DNA from: Candidatus Bathyarchaeia archaeon | GTDB taxonomy: Archaea; Thermoproteota; Bathyarchaeia; Bathyarchaeales; Bathycorpusculaceae | Reading direction: 5' to 3' | NCBI GenBank assembly: GCA_049515895.1 | Contig: JBEKTQ010000027.1 | Span: 1 to 57,061, forward strand | Length of the DNA: 57,061 nucleotides | Part shown: positions 1 to 10,244 of the stretch, piece after piece | How positions within the stretch are numbered: position 1 is the first letter of the stretch | How the letters are laid out: every line of letters begins with the position of its first letter | Notes under the pieces: model-generated | What the model was told of the DNA's origin: nothing | Database searches by the model: none | The model's input: only the letters and a program-made list of their open reading frames with translations | Program-made: the position numbers and the translations under genes

Positions 1-1760
1 GCAGCGTTGAACATCCTTTCCGTGCGGCACAAACCAATTCCTTCCGCCCCGAACCTAAGCGCCTTCGCCGCGTCAGACGGAGTATCCACGTTAGTTCGCA
101 CTCCCAATCTGCGGAACTCATCAGCCCACTTCAGGATGGTGTTCATATCCTTTGAGAATTCTGGCTCCACCATCGAAACCTCACCCAGCCAAACCTTGCC
201 AGAAGTACCATCTATCGTGATAACATCACCGTGAATGATTTTGTGGTCGCCAATCGTCGCACTCTCGTCTACAACATTAATCTTGATGCCCCCTGCTCCG
301 GTTACGCATGGCTTACCCATACCCCTAGCAACGACGGCGGCGTGACTCGTCTTCCCACCAACAGTGGTCAGGACGCCCTGCGCCGCAAAAAACCCGTGAA
401 TATCCTCAGGCTTAGTCTGCTCTCTGAGCAGGATAATTTTTTTGCCGTGCGTCTTGCTCTGCCGCTCAGCCTCATCTGCGTCAAACACTACTTCGCCCGA
501 AGCAGCGCCGGGCGAAACCCCCAACCCAACCGTAACGGGCGGAGTTTTGTTTTCCGGGTCTATTTGGCTATACATCAATTGAGTAAGCTGGGCTGCATCC
601 AGCCTCGTCAGCGCTTGTTCCTTCGTAATCAAGCCTTCATTAACCAAGTCAACCGAGGTCTTCATCCCAGCCGCGATGTTCATTTTTGCAGAACGAGTCT
701 GAAGTATGAACAGCTTTCCATTCTCCACCGTGAACTCCATATCCTGAATTTCCCGAAAATGCGTCTCAAGCGTCTCCCGAACCTTCAACAATTCCCCATG
801 AACTTCGGGCATGACGTGTTTCATCTCAAGGATGGGCTTTGGGGTTCGAATACCGGCCACAATGTCCTCACCCTGCGCCCGCTCTAAGTAATCTCCAAAA
901 AGCACGTTTTCGCCGGTGCTAGGATTCCTCGTGAAAACTACTCCAGTTGCAGAATGCTCACCAACGTTGCCAAAAACCATCGCCTGTACGTTCACCGCAG
1001 TGCCATTAGCAATCTCCGGGGTGATTTTGAATTCCCGCCTATAATCTACAGCTCTCTTTCCATTCCAAGAAGCAAACACCGCTTCTATAGCCATAAATAG
1101 CTGCTCATATGGGTCATTAGGGATAGGCTTGCCGACGTTATCCTCAATTATACGCTTGAAAGTTTCAACAAGCCCCTGAAGGTCGAACGAAGAAAGGGTC
1201 GTGTCATATGCCGCATTCCTTTCCTTCTTCAGGGCTTCCATCGCATTGTGGAAAAGGTCACTGCTAATTTTCAGTACGATCTCGCCAAAAAGCGAGATGA
1301 ATCGGCGGTACGAATCCCAGCCGAAGCGTTCATCTCCGCTTCTCTTGATTAGTCCACGGACGGTCTCGTCGTTGAGTCCCAAATTGAGGACCGTATCCAT
1401 CATGCCGGGCATTGAAATTGCCGCGCCACTTCTGATGGAAACCAGAAGCGGCTTCTCAGAATCACCAAAGCCCAGGTTCATGGATTTCTCCAGCTGAGAC
1501 ATCGCGTGCCTAACCTGGTCCGCAAGTCCCTCTGGCAGCTTGAAGCCGCCATCAAAATACTCGAGGCAAGTTTGGGTTGTTATCACGAACCCTGGGGGAA
1601 CGGGTAAACCAATCTGGGTCATTTCGCAAAGACCGGCGCCTTTACCTCCTAAAAGTTTCTTGTTTTTTCCATCCCCTTCAGAGAAGAGATATAAGTAGAC
1701 TGGAGGTATTTTGATGGGTTTTGATTCCGCCGCATAATTAGGACTATTTTGCGTAGTCAT
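1..1760 (-). CDS. ppdK: Pyruvate, phosphate dikinase (N-terminal ~586 aa; runs off the window start, so absent from the ORF track)
   Basis: Manual minus-strand translation from ATG 1760 gives LLGGKGAGLCEMT..GLPVPPGF, LLVSIRSGAAISMPGMMDTVLNLG, GGKTSHAAVVARGMGKPCV (phospho-His) and GAEGIGLCRTE. Confidence 0.97.
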   Translation of the reverse strand, partial: MTTQNSPNYAAESKPIKIPPVYLYLFSEGDGKNKKLLGGKGAGLCEMTQIGLPVPPGFVITTQTCLEYFDGGFKLPEGLADQVRHAMSQLEKSMNLGFGDSEKPLLVSIRSGAAISMPGMMDTVLNLGLNDETVRGLIKRSGDERFGWDSYRRFISLFGEIVLKISSDLFHNAMEALKKERNAAYDTTLSSFDLQGLVETFKRIIEDNVGKPIPNDPYEQLFMAIEAVFASWNGKRAVDYRREFKITPEIANGTAVNVQAMVFGNVGEHSATGVVFTRNPSTGENVLFGDYLERAQGEDIVAGIRTPKPILEMKHVMPEVHGELLKVRETLETHFREIQDMEFTVENGKLFILQTRSAKMNIAAGMKTSVDLVNEGLITKEQALTRLDAAQLTQLMYSQIDPENKTPPVTVGLGVSPGAASGEVVFDADEAERQSKTHGKKIILLREQTKPEDIHGFFAAQGVLTTVGGKTSHAAVVARGMGKPCVTGAGGIKINVVDESATIGDHKIIHGDVITIDGTSGKVWLGEVSMVEPEFSKDMNTILKWADEFRRLGVRTNVDTPSDAAKALRFGAEGIGLCRTERMFNA

Positions 1761-1916
1761 AAATTAGCATCCTCAACGATAGGCTACTTTCCTAAGTGAG
1801 ATAAAAATGTGTGTGCATTCAGAATTAACAACGAAAGTAACCAGTTGAAAAAAGAGTTAAATTACTCGCACACCAAAGCATAATAAGGTGTTTTTATAAG
1901 CGGTCTTGAAAGCCGA

Positions 1917-3929
1917 TTGATCCGTCTGATGAGAAGCGATTCGTATCTCGCGCCGTTTTCTGATCAGATTCAACATCGCTTGGAGCGTATCGAAGAGACA
2001 GAGCAGCGTCTCACACAAGGGAAAATGAGCCTTGCAGAGTTTGCGTCCGGCCACGAATATTTCGGTCTACATTTCCAACGAGGCGAATGGGTTTTCCGTG
2101 AATGGGCGCCAAATGCAACGACGATTTACCTTATAGGCGACATGAGCAAATGGCAAGAGCAAAGAGAATTTGAGCTGGAAAAGATCAACGATCATGGTGC
2201 CTGGGAAATTCGCCTAGCTGCCGACAAATTGGCGCATGGCGATCTGTTTCGACTCCGTATTCATTGGGCAGGGGGGGAAGGAGATCGCATTCCCGCTTAT
2301 GCTAGACGGGTTGTTCAAGATCCCAAAACTTTGATTTTCAACGCCCAAGTATGGTCACCACTGGAGTCGTATTGTTGGAAGATCGATTTCAAACGACCTA
2401 AAGAGGCTCCATTAATCTATGAAGCGCATATCGGTATGGCGCAGGAAGAAGAAAAAATCGGTTCCTTCCGTGAATTTACTCTCGGAGTGCTTCCGCGTAT
2501 CGTCAATGCCGGCTACAACACCTTACAGTTAATGGCCATTCAAGAACATCCCTACTACGGATCATTTGGATATCAGGTATCAAGCTTTTTCGCCCCTTCA
2601 TCGCGATACGGGACGCCTGAAGACTTGAAACTCCTGATTGACACGGCTCACGCCCAAGGCCTCACCGTTTTCATGGATTTGATCCATTCCCACTCCGTAT
2701 CCAATGAAGTGGAGGGATTGAGCTGCTTCGACGGAACACTTTTTCAGTATTTTCATGAAGGTCCGCGCGGAAAACACAAGGCATGGGATTCACGCTGCTT
2801 TGATTACAATAAACCTCAGGTTCTACATTTTTTACTTTCCAATTGCCGATACTGGCTAGACGAATTCCACTTTGACGGTTTTCGATTCGACGGCGTTACC
2901 AGCATGATTTACCTGGAACACGGGCTTAAGAGAGTATTCACTTCATACAACGATTACTTCGATAGCGGCGTGGATGAGGATGCCTTGACCTATTTGGCTC
3001 TGGCCAACCGAGTGATTCATGATATCCGACCTGGCGCCGTTACCATAGCCGAAGATGTCAGCGGCATGCCAGGTTTGGCGGTTTCTCAGTCAGACGGCGG
3101 GTTCGGTTTTGACTATCGCTTTGCAATGGGGGTGCCTGATTACTGGATCCGCTTAATAAAAGATTTCAAAGATGAAGACTGGCCTATCGGTCATCTTTGG
3201 TTTGAACTTAATAACCGCAGGAAAGATGAGAAAACCATTAGTTATGCCGAATCTCACGACCAGGCGTTAGTTGGAGACCAGACGCTTATTTTCCGACTAA
3301 TCGGTGAAGACATGTACCAGCACATGGGAATCGATGATGACAACTCAAAGGTCGCCCGAGGAATAGCTTTACACAAGATGATTCGATTGATAACCCTGTG
3401 CACGGCAAGCAACGGGTATCTGAACTTTATGGGCAATGAATTTGGCCACCCAGACTGGATAGATTTTCCCCGAGAGGGAAACAACTGGTCATTTAAGCAT
3501 GCACGTCGACAATGGCATCTCGCAAACGACACCCACCTAAAGTATCATTTACTAGCCCGATTCGACCGCGACATGATTGCACTGACCAAGTCACACCACC
3601 TACTTGAAACATCCCTTCCGCAGCTCATGCATGAAGATTCCGCAAAAAAATTAATTGTGTTCAAAAGGGCTGATCTGATTTTTGTCTTCAATTTTAATCC
3701 TCATCAATCCTTTGCTGATTATCGATTTGAAGCTCCTCCTGGAAAATACCGGATGATCCTAGATTGTGATGCACCAAAGTACGGGGGACACGGTCTGTTG
3801 GTCCCCCAGCAGGCCCACTTCACTATTGTAGAAAATACTGAAGGAAAAAATAAACATATGCTCAGTCTTTATCTCCCAGCTCGCTCCGCTTTTGTTCTGT
3901 GCCTGGCCGAAAAAGATCCACAATTATGA
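1917..3929 (+). CDS. glgB: 1,4-alpha-glucan branching enzyme, GH13 (GH13_8/GBE1-like)
   Basis: FREWAPNA, IYEAHIGMA, QEHPYYGSFGYQV, FDGFRFDGVTSM, AEDVSGMP, YAESHDQALVGD, NFMGNEFGHP motifs; exact start uncertain (1896 ATA, 1917 TTG or 1929 ATG). Confidence 0.95.
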   Translation: MIRLMRSDSYLAPFSDQIQHRLERIEETEQRLTQGKMSLAEFASGHEYFGLHFQRGEWVFREWAPNATTIYLIGDMSKWQEQREFELEKINDHGAWEIRLAADKLAHGDLFRLRIHWAGGEGDRIPAYARRVVQDPKTLIFNAQVWSPLESYCWKIDFKRPKEAPLIYEAHIGMAQEEEKIGSFREFTLGVLPRIVNAGYNTLQLMAIQEHPYYGSFGYQVSSFFAPSSRYGTPEDLKLLIDTAHAQGLTVFMDLIHSHSVSNEVEGLSCFDGTLFQYFHEGPRGKHKAWDSRCFDYNKPQVLHFLLSNCRYWLDEFHFDGFRFDGVTSMIYLEHGLKRVFTSYNDYFDSGVDEDALTYLALANRVIHDIRPGAVTIAEDVSGMPGLAVSQSDGGFGFDYRFAMGVPDYWIRLIKDFKDEDWPIGHLWFELNNRRKDEKTISYAESHDQALVGDQTLIFRLIGEDMYQHMGIDDDNSKVARGIALHKMIRLITLCTASNGYLNFMGNEFGHPDWIDFPREGNNWSFKHARRQWHLANDTHLKYHLLARFDRDMIALTKSHHLLETSLPQLMHEDSAKKLIVFKRADLIFVFNFNPHQSFADYRFEAPPGKYRMILDCDAPKYGGHGLLVPQQAHFTIVENTEGKNKHMLSLYLPARSAFVLCLAEKDPQL

Positions 3930-3975
3930 ACATACCCCAAACAGACAAAAAGAAAGAACAAGTTTCCGTGTCTCT

Positions 3976-5220
3976 CTAGATTAGTGATTCGTAGATTTTT
4001 AGTGTCTCGTCAGCAGCTTTGTGCCATGTGAAGTACTCTAGCACCCTTTTGCGACCGTTCTCACCCCAATTTCTAGCTTTTTCGGGGTTCCGCAGGGTCA
4101 ATTTTATCCCCCAAGCAATATCAAGGGGATCTCCGCCGTTAACATGCACGCCGTTCTGGTCTGGGCCAGAGCTTAATACTTGTTCTCTGAAACCTACCAC
4201 CCCGCTTGCGCCTACAACAACTGGTTTCTCCATTGCCATGGCCTCCAGACTAACTATTCCGAAGGGTTCATAGACTGATGGGAATATACATACGTCGGAA
4301 GCGGCGTAATGCATTATTCTTTCAGGTTCCGGAACAAAATCAAAGCGGCACGCTACGTTGTTCTTAATGTTTAGCCTATCTGCTGTCTCAGTTATGTCTT
4401 GTTCGTCCCCTTTGCCCAGAATTACGAGTTTAGTGTTAGGGAATTCCTTCAAGACAGAGGGCATTGCTAACAAAAGGTTTCTGGCCCCCTTTACCCAAGA
4501 TAACCTTCCAACGAACAGAAGCATGTTCCAGTCCTTTGGAACGCCATATTTTTCCCGAGTCGCTGCAATGTCCTTTGGATCGCATTTTGCCATATCGTAA
4601 CGTTCGGGGTCCACGCCGTTCCAAACCGTGCTAATTTTTGATGACGCCCAACCGTGCCTCACTAGATCTTGTTGCATCGCGAAACTGACGGTGATTATTC
4701 TGTCTGAATTTTGGGCCATGGCGTCTTCAAAATGCGACACTACTTCTGATCCTTGACCCTCGCTTCTTCCCCATTCAGTGCTGTGTGTATGGAAGACCAC
4801 TGGGATTTTTGTTTCATTCTTTATTATAAGACCAGAAATACTGCTTAACCAATCGTGCACGCACACAACGTCAAAATGGTATTTCTCCTTTTTTATCAGA
4901 CCGTTGATAAATTTTGTAGCGCTGAGAATATTGTATATGAAAATGTCGTTGAAGAATTTTATGTTGGTACCCCATTTCTTTAAATCGTCAACCACGAAAA
5001 ATGGAAAAACGTTGCTAGCGTCAGCAATCAAGGGCCGATGAACCTCAACTCCTTTGATGATTTCTCTGGTTTTCAAATTTCCCCCATTTAGCGTGAAGAC
5101 TGAAACGTCATGTCCTAAGTCGATATATTGCTGAGTTACATTTTCAGCATACGTACCTAAACCACCAACAATCGCCGGCGGATATTCATAAACAAAAAAG
5201 CCAATCCTCAAAATATTCAC
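3976..5220 (-). CDS. GT4 family glycosyltransferase (glycogen synthase-like)
   Basis: EYPPAIVGGLG, HDW, HSTEWGR, NGVD, PSVYEPFGIVSLEAMA; adjacent to the branching enzyme. Confidence 0.9.
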   Translation of the reverse strand: MNILRIGFFVYEYPPAIVGGLGTYAENVTQQYIDLGHDVSVFTLNGGNLKTREIIKGVEVHRPLIADASNVFPFFVVDDLKKWGTNIKFFNDIFIYNILSATKFINGLIKKEKYHFDVVCVHDWLSSISGLIIKNETKIPVVFHTHSTEWGRSEGQGSEVVSHFEDAMAQNSDRIITVSFAMQQDLVRHGWASSKISTVWNGVDPERYDMAKCDPKDIAATREKYGVPKDWNMLLFVGRLSWVKGARNLLLAMPSVLKEFPNTKLVILGKGDEQDITETADRLNIKNNVACRFDFVPEPERIMHYAASDVCIFPSVYEPFGIVSLEAMAMEKPVVVGASGVVGFREQVLSSGPDQNGVHVNGGDPLDIAWGIKLTLRNPEKARNWGENGRKRVLEYFTWHKAADETLKIYESLI

Positions 5221-5379
5221 CCGAGTTATAGCACCAGACTAATTACGAGTTGTATCCATAGGTTTCACAAGTACTTAAATGAATAAAAAATTCACATAAC
5301 TACCGATCAGAAATAAGTAATTTGCGTGAATCTTGTTCCCAGGCTTCTTTTGGATCCTAAGCCTGCGGAAGTGTCCCGC

Positions 5380-6411
5380 CTATCCGAAGAATGTTGCCGC
5401 TATTTCATAAAGCTTTGAATCAACAGTTTTCCGCTTGCCGATGACGTCCTTCAAGGGCACGGATACAATGGCGTTTCCTTGTATGGCAACCATCTGGCCG
5501 AATTTGCCTTCGTGTACTAGGTCAATTGCGGCGATTCCAAATCGGGTAGCTAAGACTCGATCATAAGCGTTCGGAGAGCCGCCGCGTTGAAGATGCCCAA
5601 GAACCACTGCCCTGGTTTCAATGTTTTCAAATCTCTTCTCTATTTCTTTTCCTATGTAGTAGCCTACACCACCAAATCTTGCGTGCCCAAACTCGTCTAC
5701 CCCGCTGCTATAAACGATTTCTTCGCCTCCTTTTGGTTTGGCGCCTTCGGCAGCGACGATTATGCTGAAGTTTCGACCGCGTTTTTGCCTCTTGCTTATG
5801 CATTCGCAGACTTCTTCAACATCAAATGGCTTCTCAGGAATTAGGATTACGTCTGCCCCTCCGGCAATTCCTGCCTCTAAGGCGATCCAACCGGTGTATC
5901 TGCCCATAACTTCAAGGATTAACACCCTATGATGCGATTCTGCCGTTGTGTGAAGCCTATCAAGTGCTTCACAAGCAATGGCAACTGCCGTTTGGAACCC
6001 AAAGGTATAGTCAGTGCCAACCAGGTCGTTGTCGATCGTTTTGGGGACTCCGACCACAGGAAGCCCCATTTCGCAGAGTTTGGAGGCTACGCCAAGCGTG
6101 TCCTCTCCGCCTATTGCGATGACCGCTCCAATTCCCTGTTCGGAAACGTTTCTCAGAATACACTTTGCTCCGTCTTTGCTCTTGAACGGATTAGTCCTCG
6201 ACGTGCCTAGTATGGAACCTCCCTTAGGGAGCAAACCTACAAGAGACTTCAAGTCTAACGGGATGAATTCACCTTCAACTAATCCTTTCCAACCGTCTTT
6301 AATTCCTACAGTTTCATATCCGTAGTCTTGAATTGCCTTTCTAACGATGGCTCTCAGGACGGCGTTGATGCCAGGTGCATCTCCCCCACCGCTCAATATA
6401 CCAACTTTTAT
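5380..6411 (-). CDS. pfkA: PfkA-family 6-phosphofructokinase, probably PPi-dependent; apparent ATA start
   Basis: (I)KVGILSGGGDAPGIN, GGEDT and PKTIDND (Asp/Lys signature of PPi-type), EVMGR, LGHLQRGG; frame open to ATA 6411 with GGAGG 7 nt upstream. Confidence 0.93.
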   Translation of the reverse strand: MKVGILSGGGDAPGINAVLRAIVRKAIQDYGYETVGIKDGWKGLVEGEFIPLDLKSLVGLLPKGGSILGTSRTNPFKSKDGAKCILRNVSEQGIGAVIAIGGEDTLGVASKLCEMGLPVVGVPKTIDNDLVGTDYTFGFQTAVAIACEALDRLHTTAESHHRVLILEVMGRYTGWIALEAGIAGGADVILIPEKPFDVEEVCECISKRQKRGRNFSIIVAAEGAKPKGGEEIVYSSGVDEFGHARFGGVGYYIGKEIEKRFENIETRAVVLGHLQRGGSPNAYDRVLATRFGIAAIDLVHEGKFGQMVAIQGNAIVSVPLKDVIGKRKTVDSKLYEIAATFFG

Positions 6412-6663
6412 TTAACATCCTCCCCTTCCCACTATCATTTAATCTCTTTAACAAAGGTACCGTGCCACTATTATAGATGAGGACTCGCTGGACATTAATT
6501 CAACAAGGTATGTGTACGAAAAATTGGGCTTTCACATTTGAGTCAATATTTTTAAGCGCAAACGAGAGCCTTGCTCTATAGAGACAAGAATCGGACATTA
6601 ACCTGATAGACTAATAAGAATGTTTTACTTAAGAAATAGAGCAGTCTACGATGGAGCAATTGT

Positions 6664-6960
6664 ATGCCTATTACAATAGGTTGCCTATTCAGACAAATTG
6701 TCAAAGAATTGAAGACTCGAGACAACAATCCACATAGCTACTTAAATAATCCAAACAGCGACTTCTACAATCCAAATTACGACATCAACAATCCATGTAG
6801 CAGGATCAACAATCAAAATAGCGGAATCAACAATGCATCAAATAACCAATACAACAAGGAACTGCGAAGAACCGCTTTGAGAGAACTCATTCAGATATTT
6901 CTGGCAGATTACCTGTCTAAAGAACAAGCAGAGAAGCTTGTTAACGAGTGTATCCCGTGA
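6664..6960 (+). CDS. Small hypothetical protein with Asn-rich heptad repeats
   Basis: GGAG SD upstream; six NNPxSxx-like heptads. Confidence 0.6.
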   Translation: MPITIGCLFRQIVKELKTRDNNPHSYLNNPNSDFYNPNYDINNPCSRINNQNSGINNASNNQYNKELRRTALRELIQIFLADYLSKEQAEKLVNECIP

Positions 6961-7636
6961 CGTAATATTAGGACTTTTAAAGTCAGTTAATACCTCAAAT
7001 GATGTGCAATTACTTGGTTTTGGAAGATGATATAGCCATAAAAGGGCTGGCGATCCTTTGAACTGCAACAGATGTTGACTAGCTTGCGCGCTTTTGTTAC
7101 GAGGAAACAGCGTAAACGGGAATGCGACCCGTGGAGCCACATCAGAGGTAAATTTAAAGACATCTCTTTGAAACTGCCGGGACAGTGGGTAAAACTTTGC
7201 TGTTTAAGCCCTGATTGGGATGTTTTTCGTCGATAAGGCATGCTGTTGCCTTGAATTCTTGTTGTTGTTGTGAACTAACATTCTTTAGCCAAGTAGTCGG
7301 ATAAGAAGCCATATCGGGTTTTCACCTGTTTTGGTTTGTTAGTTGTAGTTGTTTGATTTTTGATAATTCGTTTGGCTATCATTGCCAGGTGTTTGCTTGG
7401 GAACCCCAAAAAGCGCCTCAAAAACACAATAAAAAGAGCACGCTACTGGCAGACAAAGTCTACTGCCGCAGCCACTCAGAAAACAGCCGAAACAGAACCA
7501 ACAAAAGTTAAAAAAAGAAACAGAAACCGTTACAATCGAGCTACCCTGCAATACGCTTTGATAATTGTTCTGCGCGTCACAATTAATAACTACCAGTTAA
7601 TCACATAATTCAGTTGGTCTTTCAGGAGGGACGAAC

Positions 7637-8095
7637 TTGGAGAACAAAAAGAAAGTTGAAACAAGCAGTTATGACCCTTATGGTCGTGGCAGAGAAACGT
7701 TGCCGTTCAAGGTTGTTGTGAAGCCGCGGTCGGTTATGGGCGATTACATTGCACTTCACGGTTTGTGTCCGCAGAACGAGTTGCCTGAGAACCTGCGTCA
7801 CAAGATTCCCGAGGATGAAATATGGATGAGAGAGGACGTATTTGACGATCCGAAAAGAAGAGAGCGTATTCTTCAGGGCCACGAGAAATACGAACTCACG
7901 TTGATGGAGACAGAGGGTTTGACCTATAAGGAAGCGCATCGTAGAGCAGAATTGCATGAGAAATTCTATCTGCTTGAACAAGACTTCGAAAAACTTGACA
8001 GAAATCTTAAGATAAGAAACTATGAGCCTGTGCACATTGTGGAACCGAAGCGGAAACCACAAGTGAAAACCAAAAGACAGAACAAACAAACTTAA
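7637..8095 (+). CDS. Hypothetical protein with HExxE...AH metal-binding-like motif
   Basis: GGAGG SD before TTG; GHEKYELTLM..GLTYKEAH. Confidence 0.7.
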   Translation: MENKKKVETSSYDPYGRGRETLPFKVVVKPRSVMGDYIALHGLCPQNELPENLRHKIPEDEIWMREDVFDDPKRRERILQGHEKYELTLMETEGLTYKEAHRRAELHEKFYLLEQDFEKLDRNLKIRNYEPVHIVEPKRKPQVKTKRQNKQT

Positions 8096-8340
8096 AAAAC
8101 AACATGTTAGTGCACATGGTATCAATATATCATTACTGAAGTGATTATTACAAAGACAATGGGTATACGAGAGCATTGTAACAAAAGTTACTCCTTTATT
8201 TGTAAAATTTCTCTTCGTTTGTCTCGACAGTTTTTGTAGGAGAGAAAATCCAGTCAAGTGAATACAGCATTCACAACACGTGCTCTTGGGAGAAACGCAG
8301 AGGCAATCTACCATTTTATTAGACAAGTTTTATTGTTATA

Positions 8341-8826
8341 ATGGCGAGGAAAATGGAAACAAGACATCGCTCAATCATTAGGCCAGCCAGCGGCAACGAT
8401 TTAGATGCTATTTCGGAAATAGAGCAAAAATGCTTTGCAGGACCTATTGCCTACTCCAAACGTCAATTGGCGTACCTAATCTTACACGCTAACAGTACTA
8501 GCTTCGTTGAAAGCTGTGGAGGCGTGATAAGAGGTTTCGTGATAGTGACTTATCGCCAGCGTAGCCTAATCAGTCACATCGAAACCATTGATGTGGACCC
8601 GACCTACACCAAACTAGGGATAGGATTGAGGCTGTTGACATTCGCGGAGGAGGATATGCGGAAGCGGGGGAAACGCTGGTCGCAGTTGGAAGTCTCGGAG
8701 AGCAACAAAATTGCATTTAAGCTTTACAACAAAGCTGGATATATGCTTAAAGAAAGGGTCAAACGATATTACAAGTACGAACATGGAGGTACCCGTGACG
8801 CGATGCGCATGGTCAAAGCTCTTTAG
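8341..8826 (+). CDS. GNAT N-acetyltransferase (RimI-like)
   Basis: IETIDVDP..KLGIGLRLL, LEVSESNKIAFKLYNKAGY, RYY..DAMRM. Confidence 0.9.
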   Translation: MARKMETRHRSIIRPASGNDLDAISEIEQKCFAGPIAYSKRQLAYLILHANSTSFVESCGGVIRGFVIVTYRQRSLISHIETIDVDPTYTKLGIGLRLLTFAEEDMRKRGKRWSQLEVSESNKIAFKLYNKAGYMLKERVKRYYKYEHGGTRDAMRMVKAL

Positions 8827-10244
8827 GCGAATTCACAGCTCTTCCAAGGGTCTCCTTCTAGCTTGGTGAAACCCTTTGTGTATTCCGCCATAATTTTGAG
8901 AAGAGGGACCCGAAAACGAGCCGGTATGAGTTCGATGTCGCTTGTGGGTTTATTCAAGTGTATTGTTTCTACGTGAGAATATTCCTTTCCGACTAAGCCA
9001 GGTAGTTTTGAAAGAAATAGGGAATGCTCTCGTTCGTCTTCATCGAGTCTGAGTGTTCCTTCTGACACTCGTTTAGGAAATGCGCTGATGTCTTCTTTGC
9101 GATATTCCATAATCGACGGGTCCACTTGGTTTGCCAAAAGAAAGAGGAGCACTCCTTGGCATTTGCTGCAATGGCCACACGGGACTATCTTGCCTTTTTC
9201 GAAGCGACAACTGTGGCATGATCGCTGAACTCTCGCCAGTTCAGGGTATCTATTTGTTAGCACTCTTTCGACGATCAAGCCTGAGATTGGCCGAACGGCG
9301 CTCCACTGTCGCATCCCTGGCAGCCTCTTCATATACCATTGTTCCATTCTTAGGTCAAAATCCTGTGTCTGATCGTAGACGCCGAAGTAGTGTTTTATTC
9401 CTTTGAAAAGGGGCGAGGCACGGGGGTCATCTAGTTCACTTCCGATTAGGAGATTCCCTATTTTTCTATGCACAAAAATAGGAAGGAGGAGAAAAACGTA
9501 GATCGGAAAAATGCAGAGTCTTATCGGGTAAGTATCTGACCAGACTTTTCTGTGATCAGACCTTATGATTCTCATGTGGTCCAACATGAAAGTGTAAAAA
9601 CGATCCACATTGGTCCATACTCTCGTGGTGTTCGGTTCATTCTTTACAAATTGGCGGTAAGCAGTTAATGCTGTTCGCCAATGCCCTCCGCTTTCGTTGA
9701 TGTATAATGGGTGGACTTCAGCGCCGATTTCTTTGAGCATCGCATACGTCAGTAAGCTTTCTTTTCCTCCGCTAGATAGCACGCCGCAAGAGTTGTCGGT
9801 GAATTCCTGCGAGATTGGAACATCTTCGAAAAGCGCTGAAGGAATTATCTTTGCTAAGGGGCGAACATTTTCATGCGTTACCTCGCATTCAAGGGGTAGA
9901 AAATTAGGCAAAATGTAGGGGTTACTCCTCCGAACAAGTTTATTGACGAAAATGTCTGTAGTGAATATTTCCAGGAGATCATTTAGTAGGGAAATATCCG
10001 AAGCGCTGACAGGGAACGTAAGTCTAATTTCTTTTGAGAATAGACCATAATTGAGAACTGGCATGACCGAGGCAAGCCGGATTAAAGGCAAGTCTTCCGG
10101 AATGAGAGGCTCTCCATATTTAAATGAAAGGGGAAAATTATGCTTCTTTACTTTAATGTCAGTGCACGATACTTGAGTGGTTACTCTTTTCCCTTGGAGA
10201 ATAGGATCCGAGACTTCAATAGACTGAAAACATTGGAGGTTCGT
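8823..10244 (-). CDS. PP-loop ATPase, MurL/QueC-like, with C-terminal Cys cluster; probable ACG start
   Basis: VLSSGGKES PP-loop; CHSC..PCGHCSKC; frame open 51 codons upstream of the TTG at 10091 to ACG 10244, directly after the TAA of the upstream gene, with a GGTGA SD. Confidence 0.75.
   Translation of the reverse strand, partial: TNLQCFQSIEVSDPILQGKRVTTQVSCTDIKVKKHNFPLSFKYGEPLIPEDLPLIRLASVMPVLNYGLFSKEIRLTFPVSASDISLLNDLLEIFTTDIFVNKLVRRSNPYILPNFLPLECEVTHENVRPLAKIIPSALFEDVPISQEFTDNSCGVLSSGGKESLLTYAMLKEIGAEVHPLYINESGGHWRTALTAYRQFVKNEPNTTRVWTNVDRFYTFMLDHMRIIRSDHRKVWSDTYPIRLCIFPIYVFLLLPIFVHRKIGNLLIGSELDDPRASPLFKGIKHYFGVYDQTQDFDLRMEQWYMKRLPGMRQWSAVRPISGLIVERVLTNRYPELARVQRSCHSCRFEKGKIVPCGHCSKCQGVLLFLLANQVDPSIMEYRKEDISAFPKRVSEGTLRLDEDEREHSLFLSKLPGLVGKEYSHVETIHLNKPTSDIELIPARFRVPLLKIMAEYTKGFTKLEGDPWKSCEFA

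Noticed and set aside
7-1497. Plus-strand ORFs 7-234, 231-887 and 1201-1497
   Set aside because: Antisense shadows of ppdK on the minus strand
1884-1900. Possible third ATA start (AGGTG-N5-ATA 1896) for glgB
   Set aside because: The same bases read equally well as a TATA box (TTTATAAG) with canonical starts downstream; undecidable from sequence
6987-7608. Short ORFs on both strands
   Set aside because: No motif, SD or consistent frame to choose among them
7622-8326. 234-aa minus-strand ORF
   Set aside because: Overlaps the better-supported plus-strand gene 7637-8095; composition looks like a shadow
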